DNA of 64,000 nt. It comes from an uncultured Acidimicrobiales bacterium. Lineage in GTDB: Bacteria; Actinomycetota; Geothermincolia; Fen-727; Anoxymicrobiaceae. Below, piece after piece: positions 10,030 to 19,023 of this stretch. Every line of letters starts with the position of its first letter. The first letter of the stretch is position 1. Under the pieces are notes generated by a model that saw nothing but the letters and a program-made list of their open reading frames with translations, ran no database searches and had not been told where the DNA came from. The position numbers were made by a program, and so were the translations under genes. Location: positions 18,309-82,308 of the forward strand of contig CAZEJS010000005.1 of assembly GCA_964512645.1 (NCBI GenBank), given 5' to 3'.

Positions 10030-10965
10030 ATGGACAAAGTCACCGTTTTCGGCGCGGGACACGTCGGCGCCACTACGGCGTTCTACCTGGCCCTGTCCGC
10101 GACGCTGGAGATCGCCCTGGTCGACATAGACGCGGGCAAGGCTGCCGGCCTCGCGATGGATATCGAGGAATCGCTGCCGTACTCGGGCTCTTCATCGAAA
10201 CTGGAGGGAGGAGGAGACGCGGCGCTGGCGGAGGGGTCAGACCTCGTTGTGATAACCGCGGGATATCCTCGCACGCCCGGTATGTCCCGCCTGGACCTCA
10301 CCGAACGCAACGCCCCGGTGGTCAGAGAGGTGGCGTCCTCCGTCGCGGAGCGTGCTCCTGGAGCGGTGGTGATCAACGTCACCAACCCGGTGGACGAGAT
10401 GACTTTCCTCGCCTGGAGGTCGTGCGGCTTCGAGCCCCGCCGGGTGATGGGGATGGCGGGGGTGCTGGACACGTCGAGGTTCCTTTACTTCCTGAACAGG
10501 ATGGCCTCCGTCCGGACGCGGGACACCAGCGCGCTGGTGCTGGGTTCGCACGGGGACGACATGGCGCCCCTGGTGGATACGTCGACCGTTGGCGGCGAGC
10601 CGTTGAGCGAAGTCGTGGAGGCCGGGCTCCTCGACGAGGTGGTCGGGCGCACCAGGGAGGGGGGCGCGGAGATCGTTGGTCAAATCAAGACGGGCAGCGC
10701 CTACTTCGCGCCGGCGGTGAGCGTCGGGGCGATGGCCCTGGCGATACTCGCCGATACCGGCCGTGTGCTGCCGGCCTCCGCTTACCTGACGGGTGAATAC
10801 GGGATCGAGGGCGTGTTCCTGGGGGTCCCCGCGAAACTGGGACGCGGAGGTGTGCTGCAGGTCGTGGAACTGCCGCTCTCCGGCCGCGAGCGGGGGTACC
10901 TCCACCGGGCCGCGGCGGGGGTGAGAGGTCGCGTCGAGGAAGCCGAGAGGTTCCTTGGTGAGTGA
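10030..10965 (+). CDS. mdh: Malate dehydrogenase (LDH-like)
   Basis: GAGHVG, ITAGYPRTPGMSR (Arg specificity residue), VTNPVD, LDTSRF and GSHGD. Start is ATG 10024 or 10030. Confidence 0.88.
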   Translation: MDKVTVFGAGHVGATTAFYLALSATLEIALVDIDAGKAAGLAMDIEESLPYSGSSSKLEGGGDAALAEGSDLVVITAGYPRTPGMSRLDLTERNAPVVREVASSVAERAPGAVVINVTNPVDEMTFLAWRSCGFEPRRVMGMAGVLDTSRFLYFLNRMASVRTRDTSALVLGSHGDDMAPLVDTSTVGGEPLSEVVEAGLLDEVVGRTREGGAEIVGQIKTGSAYFAPAVSVGAMALAILADTGRVLPASAYLTGEYGIEGVFLGVPAKLGRGGVLQVVELPLSGRERGYLHRAAAGVRGRVEEAERFLGE

Positions 10966-12463
10966 GGACGGCCCCGGCCCCGCCGGCGAGGAAGAAGAGC
11001 CGGCGGCCGGCCTTCGCGAGGGCGCGGCCCCGGGCACGCGCGACGCCCGGGCGGATCCGGACCCCGGCGCGCAGGTCACCCTCGAGATATCGGCGTTCCG
11101 CAGGGTCCTCAAGAACCGCGACTTCATGGCGCTGTGGATAGGCCTGGGCATCTCCAGCATAGGGGACTGGGTCATAGTCGGCATCCTGCTGGACCAGGTC
11201 AACAGGCTGGGAGGCCCGTCGGGCCTCTTCTTCATGATGGCTTTCAGGTTCCTTCCGGCCTTCCTCTTTGGACTGGTGGCCGGCGCTGTGGTCGATCGGG
11301 TCGAGCGGAAGGCGCTGATGATCATATGCGAGCTGGCCCGCGCCGTCATGGTCATCGCCCTGGCGTTCGCCAATTCGCTGGCCATGATATGCGGACTGGT
11401 CTTCGGGATCGAGTGCTTCACCCTGCTCTTCAATCCCGCGACGGACTCCAGCATCCCCGACCTGGTCGAGAAGGAAGAAGTGATGACCGCGAACTCCATG
11501 ATGTCGACGAGCATGTACCTGACGATGGCGCTGGGCACCCTCATAGCCACAGTAATCCTCGGGATCGCTGGGCTCGTCTACAGGTTCCCGTTCGTCCACT
11601 ACATCGCCAGGGAACAGGCCGCTTTCCAGCACCAGTTCGCGTTCATCGTCGATGCCTTCAGCTTCCTCGTCTCCGCCATGCTGCTTTTCACCATCGCTTT
11701 CCCCAGGGGCGACGCCCGGGCAAGGGAGAAGTTCTCGGCGCGCTCGATCTTCGGCGACCTGAAGGAGGGCCTGGGTTTCATGAGGACCGATCCGTTGACC
11801 CGGGGCATCCTGGGCCTGATGATCGTGGGGTTCATCGGCGGCGGTTCCCTGTACATCCTCGGCGCGCCTTTCGCCCAGCAGGTGATGAACGCGGTGGGGG
11901 CGAAATTCACCCTGCTCCTCTCGATGCTGATGATCGGGATAGTGGCCGGGGCGGCTTCCACCCCCTGGCTGAGCAAGAGGTTTCCCTCCTCGCTGTGGTT
12001 CACCAGGGCGGTGGTAATGTTCGGCGCGGCCGTGGTCACGTTCGCCCTGATCGACTTCTACCCGCTGTCGATGCTGGTCATCTTCTTTGGCGGTTGCACG
12101 CTGGGCTACCTGCTGGTGTCGGCCTATACCCTCCTGCACCAGAACCTGGCCGAAGAGATCAGAGGCAGGGTCTTCGCGGCCATGCAGACGATCATGCGCA
12201 CCTGCATGCTGCTCTCGATGGGCATATTCGCCGGCCTGGCCTGGCTGCTGGGCAGGTGGATTCCCTGGACGGCGGACAAGCCTGTGAGCAGGGTGTTAGA
12301 CCTGGGAGTTCTCCACAAGAGCTTCTATCCATCGATGATCGCGCTGCTGATAGGGGGCGCGGTGGTAATATTCGCCGGGGTGGCTTTCACCCACTCGCTT
12401 CACAGCTTCTTCAGGGACAAGGAATCCTCCGGCGAGGCCGCCCGGGCCGCCGGACGGGCATGA
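10958..12463 (+). CDS. MFS transporter
   Basis: About 12 hydrophobic segments, GAVVDRVERK MFS motif A and RGRVFA. Start overlaps the mdh stop. Confidence 0.88.
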   Translation: MSEDGPGPAGEEEEPAAGLREGAAPGTRDARADPDPGAQVTLEISAFRRVLKNRDFMALWIGLGISSIGDWVIVGILLDQVNRLGGPSGLFFMMAFRFLPAFLFGLVAGAVVDRVERKALMIICELARAVMVIALAFANSLAMICGLVFGIECFTLLFNPATDSSIPDLVEKEEVMTANSMMSTSMYLTMALGTLIATVILGIAGLVYRFPFVHYIAREQAAFQHQFAFIVDAFSFLVSAMLLFTIAFPRGDARAREKFSARSIFGDLKEGLGFMRTDPLTRGILGLMIVGFIGGGSLYILGAPFAQQVMNAVGAKFTLLLSMLMIGIVAGAASTPWLSKRFPSSLWFTRAVVMFGAAVVTFALIDFYPLSMLVIFFGGCTLGYLLVSAYTLLHQNLAEEIRGRVFAAMQTIMRTCMLLSMGIFAGLAWLLGRWIPWTADKPVSRVLDLGVLHKSFYPSMIALLIGGAVVIFAGVAFTHSLHSFFRDKESSGEAARAAGRA

Positions 12464-12569
12464 CAGGAATCCGGGGAAGCCCCCGCCGCGCGCGGGGGAT
12501 CGCCTGTCCCGGGGTGATCGTCCTCGTGGACAGGCCGGACCGCCCTTCATGCGCTTGACCAGGATGGTA

Positions 12570-12962
12570 GTCAGATTCCCCTTCCGACTCGATGGAGAGC
12601 GGGCAGCGGTCCGCTACCCTGGCCATCTCACGCCGCAACACGGTGAAGCCGCCTTCGTGGTCGAAGAAGTAGCCAACGCTGAACACGAGGTGGAACTCGC
12701 CGTCCGAGAATCCCTGCACGAGGGCCGTAACGTCACCCGCGGACGTGTTCGCCGCCTCTCAGGCTTCCTGGTGGAGCTGCCTGAACTCGACAAGGCGCTT
12801 CGGGCTCCCATCGACGCCGGTCAGCCTGGTGAAACCGGCGCGATGCAGTGTCGCCGGGTTGGCGCCCGACCTGCAACCTATCTCCGGTGTCGCGTCAGTC
12901 TCTTTCGCGTATCTCGAAACGAGGTCCGAGAGGAAGGCGTCTCTGGTTCTTTCTACATCCAT
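12570..12962 (-). pseudogene. Degraded class I SAM-dependent methyltransferase
   Basis: One frame reads FLSDLVSRY..EIGCRSG..LHRAGFTRLTGVD..QEA*EAA..FSDGEFHLVFSV..REMARV, with an in-frame TGA at 12761-12759 and eroded motif I. Ends are approximate. Confidence 0.6.
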
Positions 12963-13069
12963 CGGCGGCTTCGCTCCCCCTGCAAGGCTAGTAGCTGGCG
13001 TCTGGCGGTATCCAGTTGCGGCCATTCCATTCCCAGCCCTGGTCGATAAGGGACTGGCGTGTCACCCAG

Positions 13070-13560
13070 CCTGTCGAGGTCCGAGATCATGTCGCTGAGA
13101 GCGTCCACCGTGTTCTGGTCTAAGAGGTTGGCCCAGGAGAGCGCGGCGAACAGTTCGCCCATCTTCTCCACGTACGCCCTGTAGGCGGCCAGGGCCTTCG
13201 ACAGCTGGCCCGCCCTGGCGCTCTGTGTGGTGCCGACTGCCTTCTCGAGGTCCCCCTCGAGCTCCTCCACGTTCTCGATGGTCTTCCCTATCTCCTTGAC
13301 GGTGTTGGCCAGGTAGGCGAAGTCGGTGGTTATCTGTGGGAAAGCCTCGCTGTTCTCTTCCAAGAGCTTCTCGTAGTCGTCCCACACCTTGACAATGGCG
13401 GCGTTGACGGCCTCGTCATCGCCGCCTCCCAAGCCCTTCACCGCGAAGATTATCCCCAGGGTGATCCCGCCCAGAACAGCGACACCGATTATCACCACCA
13501 GGGCTATCCCCGCCGGTGTGGAGAAGAAGCCCGATGAGGCCTTCTTCAGCCCGGCTTTCC
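13070..13560 (-). pseudogene. Fragment of a single-pass membrane protein with a helical extracytoplasmic domain
   Basis: Protein-like segment KKASSGFFSTPAGIALVVIIGVAVLGGITLGIIFAV followed by amphipathic helices, within ORF 12953..13732. No credible start remains next to the IS end. Confidence 0.45.
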
Positions 13561-13630
13561 GTGAAGTTGCCCGCTTCAGAACCGCGCTCTTTGTAAACCG
13601 TCGCCGCTGACGGTCCGGCGAGACGGTTGA

Positions 13631-14091
13631 CCAGGGTTTTCCCTTCCATATGGGTCGTCTCCCTGTCAGGTCACCTCGGGACGGCGGCGAGACACCGGAT
13701 ACGCTCCGGGAGGTCCGAGAACAAGCCCCCATGGGCCGGGTCGCGGGCGAGCACCTCCTGGTCGTTCACGTCCTCGTATCCGGCGAGGCGGGCGTAGACC
13801 GATTGCTTGAGGAGGCCGGCAAGCTCTTGCCGGACGTTCCTCCAGGTCCTCAGTTCGGATAGTCCTTCGCCCGCCATTTCCGTGAGCCGGAGCGCTTCGT
13901 CGAGCTCTCTCACCGCGAGAAGTCCGGCATCGGTCGTCACCTTCGCGCATTAGGATTCCAGCCTCAAATGACCGTCGAAATGGAACTTCAGAGCGGAGTG
14001 TTCGCTTTCACCCGCCGGGTTTCACCTCGTGGAGATCCCGGGATGCCGATAAATCCCTTTCTAATCGACAATTCACCGATACAAGCCCGGG
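13631..14091 (-). mobile_element. Internally deleted IS1380-family remnant
   Basis: Frame 14012-13671 reads GESEHSALKFHFDGHLRLES*CAKVTTDAGLLAVRELDEAL..LLKQSVYARLAGYEDVND..DPA (IS1380 N-terminus), joined directly to LFSDLPERIRCLAAVPR* (C-terminus-like). Imperfect ends CCCGGGCTT and CCAGGGTTT; no target duplication seen. Confidence 0.75.
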
Positions 14092-14157
14092 TTTCTTACC
14101 GTTTGATATGATAAATGCGGGCTTGAGCATCGTTTCACCGACGAGACGGGGGGAGCA

Positions 14158-14820
14158 GTGGAAGAAATCGAGGCCCCGGCTTTCGTCACAAGACACCACG
14201 GCCTCGCGGGTAAGTTCATCACGTTCGAAGGGTGCGAGGGCAGCGGCAAGACCACCCAGGCAAGGTTGCTGCACGAGCACCTTCTGGAACAGGGCAGGGA
14301 CGCGATCCTCTGCCACGAGCCCGGGGGCACCCCTCTCGGCGAGCGCATAAGAGAGGTCCTGCTGGACCCCGCCCGGTCGGACATGGTGCCGGCCGCCGAG
14401 GCGCTGCTCTTCACCGCAGACCGGGCCCAGGAAGTTGCCCAGGTGATAAGGCCCGCGCTGGCCAGGGGGTGGATAGTGATCGCCGACAGGTTCATCGACA
14501 GCTCGCTGGCGTACCAGGGGGTGGGCAGGGGCTGCGGGCTGGAGGCCGTCAAGAACCTGAACGACTGGGCCTGCGGCAACATCGAGCCGGACCTGACGGT
14601 CTTCCTGGACCTCAAGGTGCCCAAAGGGCTGGACCGGGCGGCCGGGCCGGGGGGGCACGATCGTATAGAGCGTGAGTCGATCGAGTTCCACGAGAACGTG
14701 AGGCACGCCTACGGCATGCTCATGAAGATTTTCCAGGCCCGCTACAGGGTCGTCGACGCCGGGGGAACCCCGGAGGCGGTCCGCGCCCGCGTGCTGGACG
14801 AGGTCATGAAGGTCATCTGA
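14158..14820 (+). CDS. tmk: Thymidylate kinase
   Basis: FITFEGCEGSGKTTQ, EPGG, DRF, AYQG and DRIE motifs. Confidence 0.95.
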   Translation: MEEIEAPAFVTRHHGLAGKFITFEGCEGSGKTTQARLLHEHLLEQGRDAILCHEPGGTPLGERIREVLLDPARSDMVPAAEALLFTADRAQEVAQVIRPALARGWIVIADRFIDSSLAYQGVGRGCGLEAVKNLNDWACGNIEPDLTVFLDLKVPKGLDRAAGPGGHDRIERESIEFHENVRHAYGMLMKIFQARYRVVDAGGTPEAVRARVLDEVMKVI

Positions 14821-14833
14821 CGGAGGTGTTTTC

Positions 14834-15958
14834 TTGCTCTGGGACGAGGTCGTAGGCCACTCGGCCGTCTGCGCGAGCCTGCGGAGGGCGGTAGAGCGGG
14901 ACCGCGTGAACCACGCGTACCTGTTCACCGGGCCGAGCGGGGTCGGCAAGTTCATCGTGGCCAGGACGCTGGCGGCAGCACTTCTATGTCCCGACGGCGG
15001 CTGCGGCGTGTGCAACACATGCAGGCGGGTCATGGAGGAGAAGCATCCCGACGTGACGGTGGTGAGGCCGGCCGGCAAGAACATCCCGGTGGAGACCGTC
15101 CGGGCCTTGAGGCTGGACGCCTTCAGCAAGCCCTCGGAGTCCGACCGCAAGATATACCTGATAAAGAACGCGGACCGCCTGTGGGAGGAGGGGGCGTCAA
15201 CCCTCCTGAAAGTGCTCGAGGAACCGCCGGGCAACGTGGTGTTCATCCTGGTCACGGCGTTGGGAGGGGGGGTTCTTCCCACAATAAGGTCACGCTGCCA
15301 GGAGATCCGGTTCTCCAATGTGCCGCTCGACGAACTCCGGGCGTACCTGGTCGAGAACAGGGACGTCGATCCGGGGAGGGCGGACCTCATCGTGAGGCTC
15401 ACGGGGGGTGTGCTGGGGCGTGCCCTGGACTGGTGCGACGAGCCGTGGCGGCTTACCCGGCGCGACAACGTCATCAAGACGGCCATGGCGCTTCGCCGGG
15501 CAGACCTCGACCACACACTGGAGATGGCCCAGGAGTTGTACCGGGAGGTCCGCGCCCCGCTGGAGGAGGTCGCCGCGGCCTGCCAGGACCGTAAGAGCGC
15601 GGTGGCGGACGGGACGCTGGACGACGCCACGTTGAAACGGATCCACAAGGAATACGACGAGGAGTGCAGGCGCGAACAGCTCAAGGAGGAGATACGCGGG
15701 ACCCGGGAGGTCCTGTCGACCCTCGCCTGGTGGTATCGTGATATCCTCATATACGGCGAAGGGGCCGAAGGCTCACTGCTGGTGAACCACGACCTCGAGC
15801 AGGAGGTCGCGCGCGAGGCCGGGGCACTCTCCCCGGCGAACCTCCTCAGATGCATAGACGTACTGGGTGAAGGCATGGAAGCCGCTGAACAGAATGTGCC
15901 GTCGCAGTTGAACATCGAAAGCGCTCTCTTCGGGATCCAGGAGGCGCTGTATGCCTAA
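14834..15958 (+). CDS. holB: DNA polymerase III subunit delta-prime
   Basis: HAYLFTGPSGVGK, CGVCNTC zinc motif, HPD, LLKVLEEP and TIRSRC. Confidence 0.93.
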   Translation: MLWDEVVGHSAVCASLRRAVERDRVNHAYLFTGPSGVGKFIVARTLAAALLCPDGGCGVCNTCRRVMEEKHPDVTVVRPAGKNIPVETVRALRLDAFSKPSESDRKIYLIKNADRLWEEGASTLLKVLEEPPGNVVFILVTALGGGVLPTIRSRCQEIRFSNVPLDELRAYLVENRDVDPGRADLIVRLTGGVLGRALDWCDEPWRLTRRDNVIKTAMALRRADLDHTLEMAQELYREVRAPLEEVAAACQDRKSAVADGTLDDATLKRIHKEYDEECRREQLKEEIRGTREVLSTLAWWYRDILIYGEGAEGSLLVNHDLEQEVAREAGALSPANLLRCIDVLGEGMEAAEQNVPSQLNIESALFGIQEALYA

Positions 15959-16778
15959 AACGGTAGGCATCACCTTCCGGCCCGGCGGCAAGGTCTACCT
16001 GTACGACCCCGAAGACCTGCCCCTGGTCCCGGGGGACGAGGTGGTGGTCCCCGCCGCGCGGGGCGTGGGTTTCGGCAGGGTTGTAACCCCGGTGAAAGAC
16101 GTGCCCGACGAAGAGCTGGAAGGACCTCTCAAGAAGGTGATGAGGCGGGCCGGCGACCGCGACAGGGCGCGGCAGGAGGAGAACGCCCGGAAGAAGGAGG
16201 AGGCGTACCGGACGGCCCGCCGCCTGGTCCAGAAGCACCGGCTCGCGATGAAGCTGGTGGACGTGGATTACGTCTTCGACGGGTCGAGCGTGGTCTTCTA
16301 CTTCACCGCCGAAGGGAGGGTGGACTTCCGCGAACTGGTCAAGGACCTCGCCGCCGCGCTCAAGGCCCGCATCGAACTGAGGCAGGTGGGGGTGCGCGAT
16401 GAAGCGAAGATGGTCGGGGGGCTGGGGCCGTGCGGCAGGGACCTGTGCTGCAGTCTCTTCCTCTCCGATTTCAACCCGGTGTCCATCAAGATGGCCAAGG
16501 AACAGAACCTGCCGCTGAACCCCGGGAAGATAAGCGGCGCATGCGGCAGGCTGATGTGCTGCCTGAAGTACGAGGTCGCCGCCTACGAGGAGTTCAACAG
16601 GAGGGCGCCGGCGTTCGGCAGCGAGGTGGACACCGAGCACGGCAGGGGCAGGGTGGTCGGATACCACGTGCCTTGCAACGTCGTCGTGGTGGAGGTGGAA
16701 CAGGGACGCCGCGTCGACGTCCGGCTCGATGACCTCAAGGCGCGCAAGGACCAGCGCCCCAGGAAGCGCAGGCGATGA
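15951..16778 (+). CDS. PSP1-domain protein (YaaT/RicT family)
   Basis: VDFRELVKDLA, RIELRQVGVRDEAK, GPCGRDLCC and SGACGRLMCCLKYE. Confidence 0.92.
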   Translation: MPKTVGITFRPGGKVYLYDPEDLPLVPGDEVVVPAARGVGFGRVVTPVKDVPDEELEGPLKKVMRRAGDRDRARQEENARKKEEAYRTARRLVQKHRLAMKLVDVDYVFDGSSVVFYFTAEGRVDFRELVKDLAAALKARIELRQVGVRDEAKMVGGLGPCGRDLCCSLFLSDFNPVSIKMAKEQNLPLNPGKISGACGRLMCCLKYEVAAYEEFNRRAPAFGSEVDTEHGRGRVVGYHVPCNVVVVEVEQGRRVDVRLDDLKARKDQRPRKRRR

Positions 16779-16817
16779 CCGGAAAACTCGTCGCGCGAAG
16801 GTCCTTTTTTCATTTCG

Positions 16818-16872
16818 TGCTAATATAGTTATAGGGCTGCCGCCGGGTTGGTCAGGGCGGCGGTTCTGTTTT
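16818..16872 (+). promoter_or_regulatory. Extended -10 element followed by a 9-bp hairpin and U-rich tract in the por leader
   Basis: TG-C-TAATAT (or TATAGT) at 16818-16829; stem 16836-16844 pairs with 16856-16864; followed by TCTGTTTT. Confidence 0.45.
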
Positions 16873-16901
16873 CTCGGGTTCATGAAAGGGAGGCCGCTGA
16901 T

Positions 16902-17483
16902 TTGTTCGAGATGAGAGTGCACGGCCTTGGCGGCCAGGGCGCGGTTACCCTCGTCAACTGGCTGGCGCAGGCCGCCTACAACGGCGGCAGGCACGTTCAG
17001 GCGTTTCCGTTCTTCGGGGCCGAGCGCCGCGGGGCCCCGGTGAAGGCGTTCGTGCGCGTCGACGACGAGGCGATCGACCTCCGGAGCCAGGTCTACCTCC
17101 CCGACCTGCTGGTGGTGATGAGCCCCGACCTGACGGGCCAGGCGATCGAGGAAGGCATCAAGGAGGACGCGAAGGTCCTCCTGAACGCGGGCGCCGAGCT
17201 GGCCGCCCGGCTGGCGGGGAAGTTCGGCCGCGGCTTCGATTACGTTGACGCGACCGGCATCGCGATCGAGCACGGGCTCGAGGTGGACGGAATGCCCATG
17301 GTGAACCTGCCGCTTTTCGGAGCGATCGCCGCCGATTCGGGTGTGACGGACCTGGAAGGAGTCCTTGGCGTGGTCGCCGAGGTGGCCGCGAGGCGCGGCA
17401 ACCCCGACGCTTACAAGGCCGCGGCAACCGGTGGTTTCGAGAGCGTGTTTTTCGCAGCGAAGGAGGGTGCGGGCGTCGGCTGA
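16902..17483 (+). CDS. porG: 2-oxoacid:ferredoxin oxidoreductase gamma subunit
   Basis: EMRVHGLGGQGAVT and FFGAERRGAPV. TTG 16902 follows the RBS AAAGGGAGG. Confidence 0.92.
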   Translation: MFEMRVHGLGGQGAVTLVNWLAQAAYNGGRHVQAFPFFGAERRGAPVKAFVRVDDEAIDLRSQVYLPDLLVVMSPDLTGQAIEEGIKEDAKVLLNAGAELAARLAGKFGRGFDYVDATGIAIEHGLEVDGMPMVNLPLFGAIAADSGVTDLEGVLGVVAEVAARRGNPDAYKAAATGGFESVFFAAKEGAGVG

Positions 17484-17506
17484 CCGGTGTCCGTCCGGTG
17501 GGAGCG

Positions 17507-17776
17507 ATGGAAGAAAAAGAGGAAGTCGGCTACATGACGTCCGTGTCCAGGCCGGTCAAGGGCTGCGCCGGGGACACCGGGGAGTGGCGGGTGTTCAAGC
17601 CCGTCAAAGACGACGAGAAGTGCAACAAGTGCCTCCTGTGCTGGGTGTACTGCCCGGAGGCGACCATTTCCAAGGACGAACTCCAGATCGATTACCAGTA
17701 CTGCAAAGGGTGCGGGATCTGCGCGGTCGAGTGCCCGACGGGCGCGATCGTGATGGTCAAGGAGGATAAGCAGTGA
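17507..17776 (+). CDS. porD: 2-oxoacid:ferredoxin oxidoreductase delta subunit (2x[4Fe-4S])
   Basis: CNKCLLCWVYCP and CKGCGICAVECP. Confidence 0.93.
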   Translation: MEEKEEVGYMTSVSRPVKGCAGDTGEWRVFKPVKDDEKCNKCLLCWVYCPEATISKDELQIDYQYCKGCGICAVECPTGAIVMVKEDKQ

Positions 17777-18987
17777 AGGTGCTCGAGTCGGGAAACCATA
17801 TGGTGGCCCTCGCAGCCAACGCCGCGGCGGTCGAGGTCGTGCCGGCTTACCCGATAACACCCCAGACCCAGATCATCGAGAAGGTGGCCGACCTCATCGC
17901 GGATGGTGAGATGGACGCCGAGTACATCCCGGTGGAGTCGGAGCACAGCGCCTGCGCGGCGCTGGTATCCGCGAGCCTGACCGGCATCAGGGCGTTTTCG
18001 GCCACCAGCGCCCACGGCCTTGCCTACATGCACGAGATGCTGCACTACGCGGCCGGCATCAGGGTCCCGGTAGTGATGGCGAACGTGAACCGCGCCCTCG
18101 GTCCGGGCTGGAACATCTGGTGCGACCACCAGGACTCCATAAGCCAGAGGGACACCGGGTGGCTGCAGGTGTACGTGGCGAGCCACCAGGAAGCGGTCGA
18201 TACGGTGATACAGGCGTTCAGGATAACCGAGGACCACTCGGTGCTGCTCCCCCTGATGCTCAACCTCGACGCGTTCGTGTTGTCGCACACCTACATGGAC
18301 GCCGACATACCAGCTCGGGAAGAGGTCGCCGGGTTCCTGCCCCGCTACCGGCCGCTGTGGAAGCTGGATCCGCGCAAGCCGGTCACCCACGGTTCGGTCG
18401 TCTACCCGGTCGATTTCAGCGAGACCAGGGAGTCCATGGCCATCGGCCAGGAGAATGCCCGGGAGGTTATAAGGCGCGCCGTCTCCGAGTTCGAGGAGGT
18501 CTTCGGGCGCAACCACGGCGACCTGATCGAGACTTACCGCCTCGACGGGGCGAAGGTCGTTGTCGTCGCGATGGGCAGCATGGCCGCCGAGAGCAGGGTC
18601 GCGGTCGATGCCCTGCGGGACCGCGGCGAAGACGTCGGGCTGCTGCGGGTGAGGTTCTTCCGCCCGTTTCCCACCGGCGAGTTGAGAGAACTGCTGGCCG
18701 GGCGGGACCGGATCGTGGTGCTGGACAGGGACTTCTCCTACGGGAACGAGGGTGCTCTTTACACCGAGGTGAAAAGCGCCCTTTACCGCTACGCGGACGT
18801 ACCCGCGAACAACATCATTCTCGGGATAGGGGGGAGGGACGTTACCCACACCGGGATCGAAGAGCTGGTGCTGCGCTCGGCGGACGGCGGACTTCCGGAG
18901 GTCACCTGGGGCGATTCGCGCATCAGCGACGGCCACCTGGTGACGCGGGACCTCCTCAGGGAGTTCGACGAGCTGATGGATGAATGA
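17773..18987 (+). CDS. porA: 2-oxoacid:ferredoxin oxidoreductase alpha subunit (pyruvate or 2-ketoisovalerate)
   Basis: AYPITPQT, ESEHSA, ATSAHGL and RVRFFRPFP. Confidence 0.93.
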   Translation: MKVLESGNHMVALAANAAAVEVVPAYPITPQTQIIEKVADLIADGEMDAEYIPVESEHSACAALVSASLTGIRAFSATSAHGLAYMHEMLHYAAGIRVPVVMANVNRALGPGWNIWCDHQDSISQRDTGWLQVYVASHQEAVDTVIQAFRITEDHSVLLPLMLNLDAFVLSHTYMDADIPAREEVAGFLPRYRPLWKLDPRKPVTHGSVVYPVDFSETRESMAIGQENAREVIRRAVSEFEEVFGRNHGDLIETYRLDGAKVVVVAMGSMAAESRVAVDALRDRGEDVGLLRVRFFRPFPTGELRELLAGRDRIVVLDRDFSYGNEGALYTEVKSALYRYADVPANNIILGIGGRDVTHTGIEELVLRSADGGLPEVTWGDSRISDGHLVTRDLLREFDELMDE

Positions 18988-19023
18988 GACGTTGCCGCCG
19001 GTGAGAGGCCGGCCGCGGGAGGG

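Noticed and set aside
12759-12761. In-frame TGA as selenocysteine or programmed readthrough
   Set aside because: The position is not a catalytic Cys site, no SECIS-like hairpin was recognised, and the surrounding motifs are decayed.
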